A DNA stretch of 59,853 bases, counting the filler. It is 6 parts of 6 records of this genome, joined end to end, with 100 filler letters (N's around TTAATTAATTAA, not from the genome) between each part and the next. Parts side by side here need not be neighbours in the genome. Positions count along the whole stretch, not along the records: positions 13,281 to 28,756 come from SRR31156797_63530; positions 28,857 to 37,024 come from SRR31156797_63729; positions 37,125 to 44,268 come from SRR31156797_63760; 3 more parts are not named here. The stretch is one strand, 5' to 3'. Under the pieces are notes generated by a model that ran no database searches, had not been told where the DNA came from, and saw only the letters and a list, made by a program, of their open reading frames with translations. Both the position numbers and the translations under genes were made by a program. Of this stretch, positions 27,497 to 37,339 are shown piece after piece. Every line of letters begins with the position of its first letter. Within the stretch, counting starts at the first letter, position 1.

Positions 27497-27970
27497 ATGA
27501 GTAACACCAGAGGACGAAGCAGGAGAGGATTCAGCTTACTGGAAGTGGTAATCGTAGTCGCGATCATCGCCATTCTAGCGGCGATCGGGATTCCGCGCAT
27601 GAGCCGTGGCTCGCGCGGCGCCAACGACGCGGCCGTCAGCGGGAATCTATCGGTCCTTCGCAACGCGATCGATCTTTTTGCGGCTGAGCACGGTGGGGCC
27701 TATCCGAGCGCGACCGACTGCAACGATCAGCTGACCCTGTACACGGACATCTCCGGCGCCACCAATTCGGATAATACCGGTGGGCACATCTACGGTCCTT
27801 ATCTGCGCAGCATCCCGCCCCTGACCGTCGGCGCCCACAAGGGAGAGAGCGGCATCGCGGACGCCAACGCGCCGGGTGTGGCCTGGATCTACGATGAAGA
27901 TACAGGAGACATCAACGCCAACACGACGGATGAAGAGGACGATTCAGGCGTGCTGTACAAGGATTACTGA
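27497..27970 (+). CDS. Major type IV pilin / GspG-like pseudopilin
   Basis: AGGAGG RBS; class III signal RRG|FSLLEVVIVVAIIAILAAIGIP; GPYL motif. Confidence 0.9.
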   Translation: MSNTRGRSRRGFSLLEVVIVVAIIAILAAIGIPRMSRGSRGANDAAVSGNLSVLRNAIDLFAAEHGGAYPSATDCNDQLTLYTDISGATNSDNTGGHIYGPYLRSIPPLTVGAHKGESGIADANAPGVAWIYDEDTGDINANTTDEEDDSGVLYKDY

Positions 27971-28159
27971 TCGGCCGTGCTGTTCGGCTCTTGATTATCC
28001 GCAAGGTCATCCGACCTTGCCTGGCATCCGAACGAATTCGATGCGGGCCACTGCCGGAGAACACCGGACGTGGCCCCGCTTTCGTTCTGGCCCGTCCCAG
28101 GGCCAGCGGTCACATCCACAGTTGGGTTCTTCTCAAGGTTGGTCATGAACGGTGAAGGC

Positions 28160-28615
28160 ATGCCCAGGAATAGAGGTTTCAGTCTGCTCGAACTGCTCCT
28201 CGTATTGGGGATTCTGATTACGTTCGCGGGCCTGGCGATTCCGCGTTACAGCGACGCGGTGTTTCGTCATCAAGCCGACCTGGCAGCCCGCCGCGTAGTG
28301 ACCGACTTGCGTCAGGCGCAATCCTATGCCCAGACGACCTCGACGGCCTGTACCGTGTCGTTCTCCGTCAATTCCGAGCAATACGAATTGACGAATGTCC
28401 CCTCCCTCGATGGCCAACCGGGTGACTATACGGTGGATCTTCTGGCGGACCCATACAACGCGAAGCTGACCTCCGTGGATTTCGACGGCGCGACCCAGGT
28501 GGTTTTCGATGGTTGGGGCATGCCCGATAGCGGAGGCACGGTCGTGATAGGGCTCGGTTCCGAGCAAAGGACCATCACGGTCGATGGCGAAACGGGGGAG
28601 GCGACGATACTGTGA
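28160..28615 (+). CDS. Minor pilin, GspH/FimT-like
   Basis: RG|FSLLELLLVLGI; LRQAQSYA; VFDGWGMP. Confidence 0.85.
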   Translation: MPRNRGFSLLELLLVLGILITFAGLAIPRYSDAVFRHQADLAARRVVTDLRQAQSYAQTTSTACTVSFSVNSEQYELTNVPSLDGQPGDYTVDLLADPYNAKLTSVDFDGATQVVFDGWGMPDSGGTVVIGLGSEQRTITVDGETGEATIL

Positions 28616-28756
28616 TCGCACCGACGCCCCTATCCGCGCGCTTCCGGGCCGCCCCCTGGTCTGGCGGTTTCACCCTCATCGAGATGGTCGTGACCGTCGC
28701 GGTCATGTCGGTGATCATGCTGGGCCTTGGCTCGGCGATGATCATCGCCGGGCATG
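28612..28756 (+). CDS. Prepilin-type N-terminal cleavage protein, 3'-truncated
   Basis: GG|FTLIEMVVTVAVMSVI. Confidence 0.8.
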
Positions 28757-28856
28757 NNNNNNNNNNNNNNNNNNNNNNNNNNNNNNNNNNNNNNNNNNNN
28801 TTAATTAATTAANNNNNNNNNNNNNNNNNNNNNNNNNNNNNNNNNNNNNNNNNNNN
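28757..28856. other. Artificial contig linker
   Basis: N44-TTAATTAATTAA-N44. Confidence 0.99.
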
Positions 28857-28937
28857 TCTTCCGTGGCGCATGATGAAGTAGCGGTTATTCAGCTCCTTCG
28901 GGTCGAGGGCTGAATCGGGATTGTTTTTGACGGGCAT
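28857..28937 (-). CDS. Histidine phosphatase family protein, N-terminal fragment (not in the ORF track)
   Basis: AAGGAG RBS then MPVKNNPDSALDPKELNNRYFIMRHGR, containing the RHG catalytic motif; runs off the contig. Confidence 0.75.
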
Positions 28938-29394
28938 GGGATCTCCTTAAGGGGATGATGCTACAGTGTATTGAACTCTCCTTTCTTGTCAATGAAAATC
29001 CAATTGAGAACGGGTGGATCCCGGTAAATTCTCTTCATCTGGAAAAGAACTGGCTGCAAGAACAAATCCATCGGGTGGCAGACCAAGGTGATTTCCCGCC
29101 CATGAAGAAGCGCTTTGCTCAATAGGGGGATGCCAGATGATTCCGATCCGCCGGGATTGTGACGATATGCATCCGATGCTTTCCTCATGGAATGGCGCTG
29201 TGTTCCGGAGACCGGCCGGATCAAAGCCGACAGCGAGCTATGGGGTTGCGATGGTGTCGGCTTTATCAGGCAGACCCTTTCCCACTGAAGATCTGAAAAT
29301 CCTCCAGCATATCTGAGATATCTCTTCTTTACGACGAATTCCGGCGGGTCTATATTGATGAAGTGCTAAAAAATACAAAGAAAAGGAAGGACTT

Positions 29395-30672
29395 ATGAAA
29401 CAAACTAGTATCTGCGTCGCCCTGATTCTCTCTCTGGCTACAGTCGTATTCGCAGGCGGGCAAAGCGAGGCCGGGAAAGAGAACAGACCTGTCATCCGTT
29501 ACGCCTACCAGTGGACAGGCGACTTTGATGAGCAGATGAAGGCCTATGCCGAAACAGTGAAGGATGAGTACACACTGGAACTGGAGTGCACTCCCGGACT
29601 GGATCATAAACAAAAGATACAGGTAGAGGTCGCTGCGGGAGAAACTCCAGACGTATTTCAGTACTGGAGCTACGAAACCAATCTGAGGGACCTGGCGAAC
29701 AACGGAATCATCCTTGATGTTGATGAGTATCTGGCCGTATCGAATAAGGTGAGCCGGGATAGCTTCAGTAAAGGCGCCTGGTCGGCGACCGAGGTGAACG
29801 GAAGGAACTACGGTTTTCCCGTTTCAAGTTTCAAGGGGTTTTTTCTGGCGAACAAGGCTCTGTTCGACCGCTATGGCTTAGAGCTTCCCGGTTCTTGGGC
29901 GGACCTTAAAGAGATCTCCTCAGTACTAAGAGAAAATGACATCATTCCCTTAAGCATGGGAAGTGTTAAGGGAGATCCGGGCCATCTCTTTTTCAGCGCC
30001 CTGGCCTTCCAGGCCGGCGAAGGATATAAGGACGCTCAGGACTTGGCTCTCTCCCAAAACTTCGATACCCGGGCCAATCGCAGAGCAGCGGAAGCGCTTA
30101 AGGATTTGATCGAATGGGAGGTGATGCCTTCGGATACCATTACGAATGGAGGATGGGGACCTCAGACTGCCTTGTATAACAGCCAGAAGGCGGCCATGAT
30201 CTACTCCTTCCCATGGAAGATCAGCGACTTTACGGAAGAGGTCGTCAGCGATTCCGTACTGATTCCGGTACCCGCGATACCCGGTGCTGAGGTCGACTCC
30301 TCCACCTTTACCGTAGGCGGCATCTCCATCAGCAATTTGATTAATAAAAACGCATTTCACGATGACGGCAAACAGGCCGCCGTAACGGCTCTGACCGATT
30401 ATTTGCTCTCGGATAAGGTTTATTCGGAGGTCGCTCTTAACGGCAAAGGCTTTCCCGCTAAGATCCTCAGCCTCCCCGAGGGACAGAATCCCCTGTTCGA
30501 TATGGTTCAGGAGTTCACTGCGGAACAGGATATCTATGGCATCCATGAGTTCTTTTTTCCGACTCTTATGAGCTTTGACGGATACAAGAGCGCCTGTGAC
30601 GAACTGTATGCCGGAGCGGTAGCCCCTGATGAGTTTGTGGAAAAGGTCCAGAGAGGCCTCAAGCGTCAGTAA
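29395..30672 (+). CDS. Carbohydrate ABC transporter substrate-binding protein
   Basis: Spirochaete-style signal VFAGGQSE; AGETPDVF; NKALFDRYGLELP. Confidence 0.9.
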   Translation: MKQTSICVALILSLATVVFAGGQSEAGKENRPVIRYAYQWTGDFDEQMKAYAETVKDEYTLELECTPGLDHKQKIQVEVAAGETPDVFQYWSYETNLRDLANNGIILDVDEYLAVSNKVSRDSFSKGAWSATEVNGRNYGFPVSSFKGFFLANKALFDRYGLELPGSWADLKEISSVLRENDIIPLSMGSVKGDPGHLFFSALAFQAGEGYKDAQDLALSQNFDTRANRRAAEALKDLIEWEVMPSDTITNGGWGPQTALYNSQKAAMIYSFPWKISDFTEEVVSDSVLIPVPAIPGAEVDSSTFTVGGISISNLINKNAFHDDGKQAAVTALTDYLLSDKVYSEVALNGKGFPAKILSLPEGQNPLFDMVQEFTAEQDIYGIHEFFFPTLMSFDGYKSACDELYAGAVAPDEFVEKVQRGLKRQ

Positions 30673-30736
30673 TACAGAAACGCAGCCCCTTCCTGGAGTC
30701 TGAGCTCCGGGAAGGTCTCGAACTGGAGCATTATAC

Positions 30737-31612
30737 ATGAAAAGACATGAAATCCCGTATTGTCTGAGCTTCCTCGCACCGGCCTTCCTCCTCTACTCAC
30801 TGCTCATGATCTTACCAATACTGCTTTCGGCGGGATATGGGTTTTACTCCTGGAACGCCATCGGCATGAAATCCTTCATAGGGTTACAGAACTACAGGGA
30901 GCTGATCGCCGATCCCGATTACTGGATGACGTTCAGGAACACTGCGATGCTGATCGCAAGCTCTCTGATCTTCCAGCTGCCCATTGCGTTCTTTCTCAGT
31001 TTTCTGCTGTATCGGATGGGGAGGAGGTCAGAGCTCTTCCGGACAGTTTATTTCTTTCCTGTCGTCATCAGTCCCATCGCTATCGGAACGCTCTTCGCTC
31101 TTTTCTATAATGGAGAGCTGGGCCCTCTCAACGATCTGCTGGAGTTTATTATGGGCCCCCGGGGGAGGCGGAACTGGCTCTCCGATCCCGATCTCGTCCT
31201 GGGAGCTGTGATCGCACCCGATATATGGCGCTATATCGGATATTACATAGTCATCTTCTATGCCGGTCTGCAGGGGATTCCCGAGTCCCTGCAGGAGAGC
31301 GCCGTTATAGACGGAGCCTCGGGCAGGACAATACTCTTTCGCATCATCATTCCCTTGCTGGTCCATGTGATTCAAATCTGCTTTGTGCTGAGCGTAACGG
31401 GTTGTTTGAAGTCCTTCGCTCTGCCCCTGGCCCTGACCGATGGCGGTCCCGGTGTCAGATCAAGCTACCTGTCCCTGTATATGTTCAAAACGGCTTTCAC
31501 CCATCACCGCTTCGGTTACGGTAGCGCCGTCACCATTACGATACTGATCTACGCATTGGTTTTGACATGGATAGTGAAACGTATATTCCCACGGGACGAT
31601 ATCGAATACTGA
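30737..31612 (+). CDS. Carbohydrate ABC permease (MalF-like)
   Basis: FLAPA, FIGLQNY, EAA loop ESAVIDGA. Confidence 0.93.
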   Translation: MKRHEIPYCLSFLAPAFLLYSLLMILPILLSAGYGFYSWNAIGMKSFIGLQNYRELIADPDYWMTFRNTAMLIASSLIFQLPIAFFLSFLLYRMGRRSELFRTVYFFPVVISPIAIGTLFALFYNGELGPLNDLLEFIMGPRGRRNWLSDPDLVLGAVIAPDIWRYIGYYIVIFYAGLQGIPESLQESAVIDGASGRTILFRIIIPLLVHVIQICFVLSVTGCLKSFALPLALTDGGPGVRSSYLSLYMFKTAFTHHRFGYGSAVTITILIYALVLTWIVKRIFPRDDIEY

Positions 31613-31620
31613 GGTGATTA

Positions 31621-32439
31621 ATGAAAGTAACGCATAATTCCCCACTGGTTAAGACGGCACTCTCTGTGTTGGCCGTATTGATGGTCTATCCCTTTTTCTG
31701 GGTAATCCTCAGCTCTTTTAAGTCCACGGATGAGATCTACACATCGGCCTTCTCTCTGCCAGAGCGCTTTCTCTTTATCAACTATTATAATGCCTGGGTG
31801 GAAGCCGACATCGGCATCTGTTTCGGAAACAGTGTTCTGGTATCCGCACTGTCACTGGGAGCCACTCTGCTATTCGCCTCCATGGCTGCCTACGTACTGG
31901 CCAGAAAATGGAAGAATCCCCTTCTGCTCGCCTATTTCACCCTGGGAATAATGATCCCTCTTCAGGCTATCGTCATTCCCTCCTTCCTGATTATCAGGAA
32001 TATAGCTTTGATCAACACCCGGACGGGATTGATCCTCGTCTATACGGTCAGCGGCCTCTCCTTCGGTATCTTCGTCCTCACGGGGTTCCTCAGGACGCTG
32101 CCCTGCGAGATTGAAGAGGCGGCGCTTATTGACGGCAGCGGATTTACGCAGACCTTTTTCAGGATCATCCTTCCTATGGCGAAACCGGCTATGGCCTCGG
32201 TGGGAATCCTCTCGTTCCTTCAATATTGGAATGAGTATCTGTTTGCATCGGTATTAATTGCTAAACAGGAGTATAAGACCCTCACTCAGGGGATCATGGC
32301 CCTCCGGGGCCCCTACACAACCGACTACGGGATGCTTACGGCCGGACTGGCTCTGGCCATTATCCCTCTGATCATCGTCTACATCCTTCTTCAGAAACAG
32401 GTTATTGAAGGAATGACGGCGGGTGCGGTCAAGGGCTGA
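31621..32439 (+). CDS. Carbohydrate ABC permease (MalG-like)
   Basis: SSFKS, EEAALIDG, WNEY, GMTAGAVKG. Confidence 0.93.
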   Translation: MKVTHNSPLVKTALSVLAVLMVYPFFWVILSSFKSTDEIYTSAFSLPERFLFINYYNAWVEADIGICFGNSVLVSALSLGATLLFASMAAYVLARKWKNPLLLAYFTLGIMIPLQAIVIPSFLIIRNIALINTRTGLILVYTVSGLSFGIFVLTGFLRTLPCEIEEAALIDGSGFTQTFFRIILPMAKPAMASVGILSFLQYWNEYLFASVLIAKQEYKTLTQGIMALRGPYTTDYGMLTAGLALAIIPLIIVYILLQKQVIEGMTAGAVKG

Positions 32440-32490
32440 GAGCCGGGCTCAGCGATTTAATTAACGACAAAATTGGGAGAGTATATCGAG

Positions 32491-33690
32491 ATGAAAATAG
32501 ACTATGAAACCCTGTGGATTACCGTACCGACATACTGGGGCGACTACGGCACGGCCGAGAATCCCCCCTGTATAGATTTCGACCATCCTACGGCCCTGGA
32601 CGGAGAGGAAACTCTGAGCCGGACGGTTGGAAGCCTTTGCGACCTGCGGGGCGACTTCCGGCTGCTTGTCGTTCTGGCTGTGACGCACCGGGAATATCTG
32701 CCCGCGGCCCGCAGTCGGGTAGAAAAGATTCTGGCCCCATTCCTATGCAGAAAGGCCCTCTATCTCATCACTCCCGAGGAAACGGAGCGTATCAATGGGT
32801 TTCTGCCCCAACCCCTGTTGCGAATGGACAGCTACGGAAATATCCGCAATGTCCAGCTTTTCCTTCCCTATTGTCTGGGAGCGGAGATTGTCGTCGGAAT
32901 CGATGATGACGAGATCATCGAGGAGCCTGAGTATCTCGAGAAGATGGTAGCTGGGATCGGCACGTCCGAGGACGTCGGCGGCATGGCCGGGCCCTATTAC
33001 GACCGGGAGGGCGAATTCAAAATCAGGGGAGCTGAAGATCTCGGTAGTCAGGAGAACCTTTTCCTGAAGAAAAACTATTATATGAACGAGGCTTTGAAGA
33101 CTGCCATGGCAAGGTCTCCCGGTATCCATCCCAGCTCTGTCGCCTTCGGCGGGAATATGGTGTTCAAAAGGGATACCATCTCCCGGATCTGTCATGATCC
33201 CTTTATACCCAGGGGGGAGGATTACGATTATGTTATCAATGCTCTCATGAAAGGGATCCGCTTTTACTTTCATCCGGAAGCGGGCATCGTTCATCTCCCT
33301 CCCGACTCGACAGGCAGCCAGGCCGGGGATAATGTCAGAAAACTCAAGGCGGACATCCGGAGATTCCTTTATATGAGCGCCAAACTGAAGAGGCATCGGG
33401 AGCTCTACCCAGAGGAAGGGTTCAGCTATGATCTCCTGTCTCCTTATCCCGGCGCCTTTGCCGTGGAGAAAGGGATTCTGGAAACCCAGGGGGAGGCAGC
33501 TCTGACAGAGGGTTATCCCCATTGCATGGATGGATCGACGATCAAGCGCTTCATAGCCGAGGCTGTAGAAGAATCCGACCGAAGGGCCGATGAGTTCTTT
33601 GCGTACCGGGAATTATGGGCAGACCTGGTTTCCTCCAGTTCTGACAAGCCGGAGCTGAAGGCGTACTTGGAGGGGCTGAAGCTGAACTGA
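32491..33690 (+). CDS. GT-A-fold glycosyltransferase-like protein
   Basis: SYGNIRN, GIDDDE (DxD), GGNM, RGEDYD and IVH motifs. Confidence 0.65.
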   Translation: MKIDYETLWITVPTYWGDYGTAENPPCIDFDHPTALDGEETLSRTVGSLCDLRGDFRLLVVLAVTHREYLPAARSRVEKILAPFLCRKALYLITPEETERINGFLPQPLLRMDSYGNIRNVQLFLPYCLGAEIVVGIDDDEIIEEPEYLEKMVAGIGTSEDVGGMAGPYYDREGEFKIRGAEDLGSQENLFLKKNYYMNEALKTAMARSPGIHPSSVAFGGNMVFKRDTISRICHDPFIPRGEDYDYVINALMKGIRFYFHPEAGIVHLPPDSTGSQAGDNVRKLKADIRRFLYMSAKLKRHRELYPEEGFSYDLLSPYPGAFAVEKGILETQGEAALTEGYPHCMDGSTIKRFIAEAVEESDRRADEFFAYRELWADLVSSSSDKPELKAYLEGLKLN

Positions 33691-33787
33691 TGAACCATCG
33701 GCTTGACTACTCCTGCTGGGGAAGGTATTTTGAAGTTCCATCTCCAAAAGGATGTATCATTGAGAAGGGAATGGAAAGGTCCTTTGT

Positions 33788-35545
33788 ATGAAAAGAATCT
33801 CCCGTTTGCGCCGGAAGTTGATGACGCTCACTATCGGAAAGGAAATACTGGCGGCCATGCTCTGCACCGCCCTCCTTCCTACTGGGATTGTCGGGGTGTA
33901 CGGCGGCTGGCAGCTAAAGCTTTTTCTGGATAAAGAGCTTGTGACCTACAACAGCGAGCTTGTGCGTCAGGCCGGTCGGAAGCTCGACTATCTGGCAGAG
34001 GATATCGCCGTCGCGCAGAAACAGCTTGTGGTGCATGCGATCTCCTCCCCGTTGTTCCATCAGTATGAGGAGGTTTCCTTATCAGAGCGTATCCGTGAGA
34101 TCGCAGAAACCAATGCCTACCTGGACACTCTCCGGCAGGTTTATCCTTTTATCTCCGCAATCTACCTCATCGACAATCATCGGAGGGTCTATTCCAGCCT
34201 GATAGAATTCGACCGCGAGTCGCTTCTGTCCCAATCCTGGGTGGAACAATTGTCAGAACAGCCTTACGGATATAGGATTATTCCCCTCCATGACGCCGGA
34301 TATGCTCTGGCCTCCCAACGTGATCCGGTAGGGAAGACCATCAGTTTTATCAGGAAAGTCAGCCGCTTTGGGAACAGCCGGGACGGAACCCTGATCCAGA
34401 TTGATCTGGAAGAGCGATTAATAGCCGAGTTCCTTCAGGAATACCCTTTGGCAGAGGGGGGATACGTTGTACTGCAGGACGAAGGAGGGCAAATCTTGGC
34501 GTCCTCGCCGTTCGATGGTTCCCGTTCATCATCCGGCGCATTCAGGGAGTTCTCTTTTTCTCTTGAGAATCTGGATTGGACTCTGGTGGCGGGTATCCCC
34601 CAGGCAAAGGTCTTTTCCGGAGGAGTCAGTTTCTGGGCCTTCCTGTTTCTGGTTCTCTCGCTTCTGGCATGCTCGGTCTTCTTTTCTATTGTGGTATCCC
34701 GGCGGATTACGGGACCTCTCAGGAAGGTTATCGGAGCGATGGAACACCTCGGGCAGGGGGACTTCAGCCGTAGGCTGCCGGATGTGGCGAACAGTGATCT
34801 TCGATCTCTTGTCGAGGGCATCAACAGGATGAGTGATCATCTGGAGGTCCTTATCGCCAATATCGCCCGTAAGGAAGAGGAGAAGAACAGGGCCAGGATG
34901 AATGCGTTGCAAGCTCAGATCAACCCTCACTTTCTATACAATACCTTCGATGTCATACGAGGGATATCCCAGGTCCAGGGAAATGAAGATGTCGTGGAGA
35001 TCACAGCCTCTCTGGCTAAGGTCTTCCGGTATAGCATCGATGGGGATGAAATGGTTTCAATCGGCAGGGAGCTGGAGAATACAATGCACTATCTTAAGAT
35101 CCAGGAGTATCGATTCGGAGACCGCTTTCGAGCCGAGTACGATATCGGGGAGGATATTCTGGACTGCCAGACGGTTAAGCTCATTCTTCAGCCCCTTGTG
35201 GAAAACGCCTTTAAATATGGCATAGAGGAGTGCAGGAAGGATGGTTTGTTGCGAATCCGTGGCCTCAGGGAGAGTGATCTCGTTCGCTTGACTGTTGAAA
35301 ACACGGGCCCGACCATTGATTTCGAGAGTGCGAGACGATTGAACGAAGGATTCGCCGGCGGAGCTCCTGCCGACAGGGGGGCAAACGAGAGGAGAGCGTA
35401 CGGCAAGGGCTTGGGGCTTTATAATGTTGACGCACGACTGAAAATACATTTCGGTCCTTCTTATGGCGTTCGCATCACGCCCAGGGCCGGGGGAGGAACA
35501 GTTGTTTCTCTGGAATTCCCTTATGGAAAAGGAGCTGAGCTGTAA
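33788..35545 (+). CDS. YesM/LytS-type sensor histidine kinase (Cache-HAMP)
   Basis: ALQAQINPHFLYNT, LQPLVENAFKYG, GLGLYNV. Confidence 0.93.
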   Translation: MKRISRLRRKLMTLTIGKEILAAMLCTALLPTGIVGVYGGWQLKLFLDKELVTYNSELVRQAGRKLDYLAEDIAVAQKQLVVHAISSPLFHQYEEVSLSERIREIAETNAYLDTLRQVYPFISAIYLIDNHRRVYSSLIEFDRESLLSQSWVEQLSEQPYGYRIIPLHDAGYALASQRDPVGKTISFIRKVSRFGNSRDGTLIQIDLEERLIAEFLQEYPLAEGGYVVLQDEGGQILASSPFDGSRSSSGAFREFSFSLENLDWTLVAGIPQAKVFSGGVSFWAFLFLVLSLLACSVFFSIVVSRRITGPLRKVIGAMEHLGQGDFSRRLPDVANSDLRSLVEGINRMSDHLEVLIANIARKEEEKNRARMNALQAQINPHFLYNTFDVIRGISQVQGNEDVVEITASLAKVFRYSIDGDEMVSIGRELENTMHYLKIQEYRFGDRFRAEYDIGEDILDCQTVKLILQPLVENAFKYGIEECRKDGLLRIRGLRESDLVRLTVENTGPTIDFESARRLNEGFAGGAPADRGANERRAYGKGLGLYNVDARLKIHFGPSYGVRITPRAGGGTVVSLEFPYGKGAEL

Positions 35546-36382
35546 ATGAGTTATGGCGTTGTCGTTATAGACGATGAATATTGGATCCGCAGCCTCATCT
35601 GTTCGTTTCTCCCTCAAGAAGAGGGCTTTGTTCTGTTGGGAGAGGCATCCGACGGTGTCGATGGTATCTCTCTGTGCCGCAGTGTTAAACCCGAGATCCT
35701 CATCACAGATATAAAGATGCCTGGGATGAATGGGCTTGAACTGCTGGAGGCTGTCAGCCGTGAATTCCCAGAGACCCAGGTCATTGTCATCAGCGGTTAT
35801 GGCGAGTTCGAATACGCTCAGAGGGCTTTGAAATGCGGCGTCCTCGATTATCTTCTCAAGCCCATAGATAAAAAAGCGGTTCATGACGCTGTTTTTCTAG
35901 CGGCTGGCCGATTGGATGAGCTGCGCCGGGGTAAGCAGAAACTCCACAAGCTGGAGGAGAGAATGAGGCATCTTAAGTCGCTTCTCCACACCGGTACCGA
36001 TGAACACAATATCCGGGACAGACGGCTGGAGCAGGCTGTCGTTTTTATCCATGAGAATTACTCACGGGATATCTCTCTGGACGAAGCGGCCTCAGTTGCG
36101 GGCATGAGTTCAAACTACTTCTCCGAGTGCTTTAAGAAAAGCATCGGGAGTGGGTTCCGCGACTATGTGACGGCTTACCGTCTGCAAATTGCTGTTAAGC
36201 TGCTATCGGAACCCAATCTCAAGATCTCTGAGGTCTCACGTCTTTCCGGATTCAGAGATCCTAACTATTTTTCTAAGCTTTTTAAAAACTTTACCGGATT
36301 GAATCCAAGTGAATGTCGCTGTAGCAATCTTGACTTTAATGCCCTGGATGAAGCGTCACGACCGTTGGAAAATGCGGATTAG
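35546..36382 (+). CDS. YesN-type response regulator with AraC HTH
   Basis: IDDE, TDIKMPGMNG, YLLKP; C-terminal YFSECFKK...GFRDPNYFSKLFK. Confidence 0.93.
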   Translation: MSYGVVVIDDEYWIRSLICSFLPQEEGFVLLGEASDGVDGISLCRSVKPEILITDIKMPGMNGLELLEAVSREFPETQVIVISGYGEFEYAQRALKCGVLDYLLKPIDKKAVHDAVFLAAGRLDELRRGKQKLHKLEERMRHLKSLLHTGTDEHNIRDRRLEQAVVFIHENYSRDISLDEAASVAGMSSNYFSECFKKSIGSGFRDYVTAYRLQIAVKLLSEPNLKISEVSRLSGFRDPNYFSKLFKNFTGLNPSECRCSNLDFNALDEASRPLENAD

Positions 36383-36398
36383 ATAGCGCGGTCCCCTT

Positions 36399-37024
36399 TC
36401 AGTCCCAATGTAAGTTCCTGTAGCTCTTATACCACGCGGCGAAGCTGGCGATTCCCTCGCGCAGTGTGATCCTGGGGGAATAGCCGGTCAGGGCCTCCAG
36501 GCGACCGGTGTCGGCCCAGGTCATGGGCACGTCCCCGTCCTGCATGGGCAGGTACTCTTTATCGGCCTTCATCCCCAGCTTCTCCTCGATGATGGAAATG
36601 AACTCTCCCAGGTCTACGGGAGAGCCGTGGCCGATGTTGAGTATACGGGCGGGGGCTCCGGCCTGATCCCCGTCGTCGGATGAGGCGGGCTTTTCGATCA
36701 GCCGGGAGATGCTCTCGGTGATGTCGTCCACATAGGTGAAGTCCCGCTTCATATTCCCGTTGTTGAAGACCTTGATGGCCTCGCCCCGGACGATGCGATC
36801 GGCGAAGAGGAAGTAGGCCATGTCGGGGCGTCCCCAGGGACCGTAGACCGTGAAGAAGCGCAGACCCGTGCAGGGGAGGCCGTAGAGATGGGCGTAGGAG
36901 TGGGCCAGGAGCTCGTTGGACCTTTTGGTGGCGGCGTAGAGGCTCAACGGCTGTGTCACGGGATCGTCTTCACGGAAGGGGATCTTGGTATTGGCCCCGT
37001 AGACGCTGGAGGAGGAGGCGTAGA
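36399..37024 (-). CDS. NAD-dependent epimerase, UDP-glucuronate 4-epimerase-like, 5'-truncated
   Basis: YASSSSVYG, SLYAATK (YxxxK), RFFTVYGPWGRPDMA, RDFTYVDDI. Confidence 0.92.
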
Positions 37025-37124
37025 NNNNNNNNNNNNNNNNNNNNNNNNNNNNNNNNNNNNNNNNNNNNTTAATTAATTAANNNNNNNNNNNNNNNNNNNN
37101 NNNNNNNNNNNNNNNNNNNNNNNN
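37025..37124. other. Artificial contig linker
   Basis: N44-TTAATTAATTAA-N44. Confidence 0.99.
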
Positions 37125-37339
37125 CCGCATTTGTCAGAAACAGCGGATGCTCCCGATCAAGGTAACAGCAACGTAACACTTTGAAACGTTATGATAAGAA
37201 AACCACGCCATTGAGTTTGGTGTGCAGCGATAACTTAGAAGGACATTTTGGACATGAAACGAAATCCAGTCGTTTAATAAGCAATTTGTAAAAAGTGGAG
37301 CTCCCGTAGCGACGTGCCGATAATCAAAAAGGTGTTGTC

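Noticed and set aside
28961-29350. Minus-strand ORF 28961-29224 and an upstream fragment, possibly a pseudogene
   Set aside because: No family is recognisable and there is no clear start or RBS; support is insufficient.
37125-37339. Integron attC or attachment site upstream of the Shango operon
   Set aside because: No complementary RYYYAAC/GTTRRRY pair with a proper stem, and no integrase or tRNA in view.
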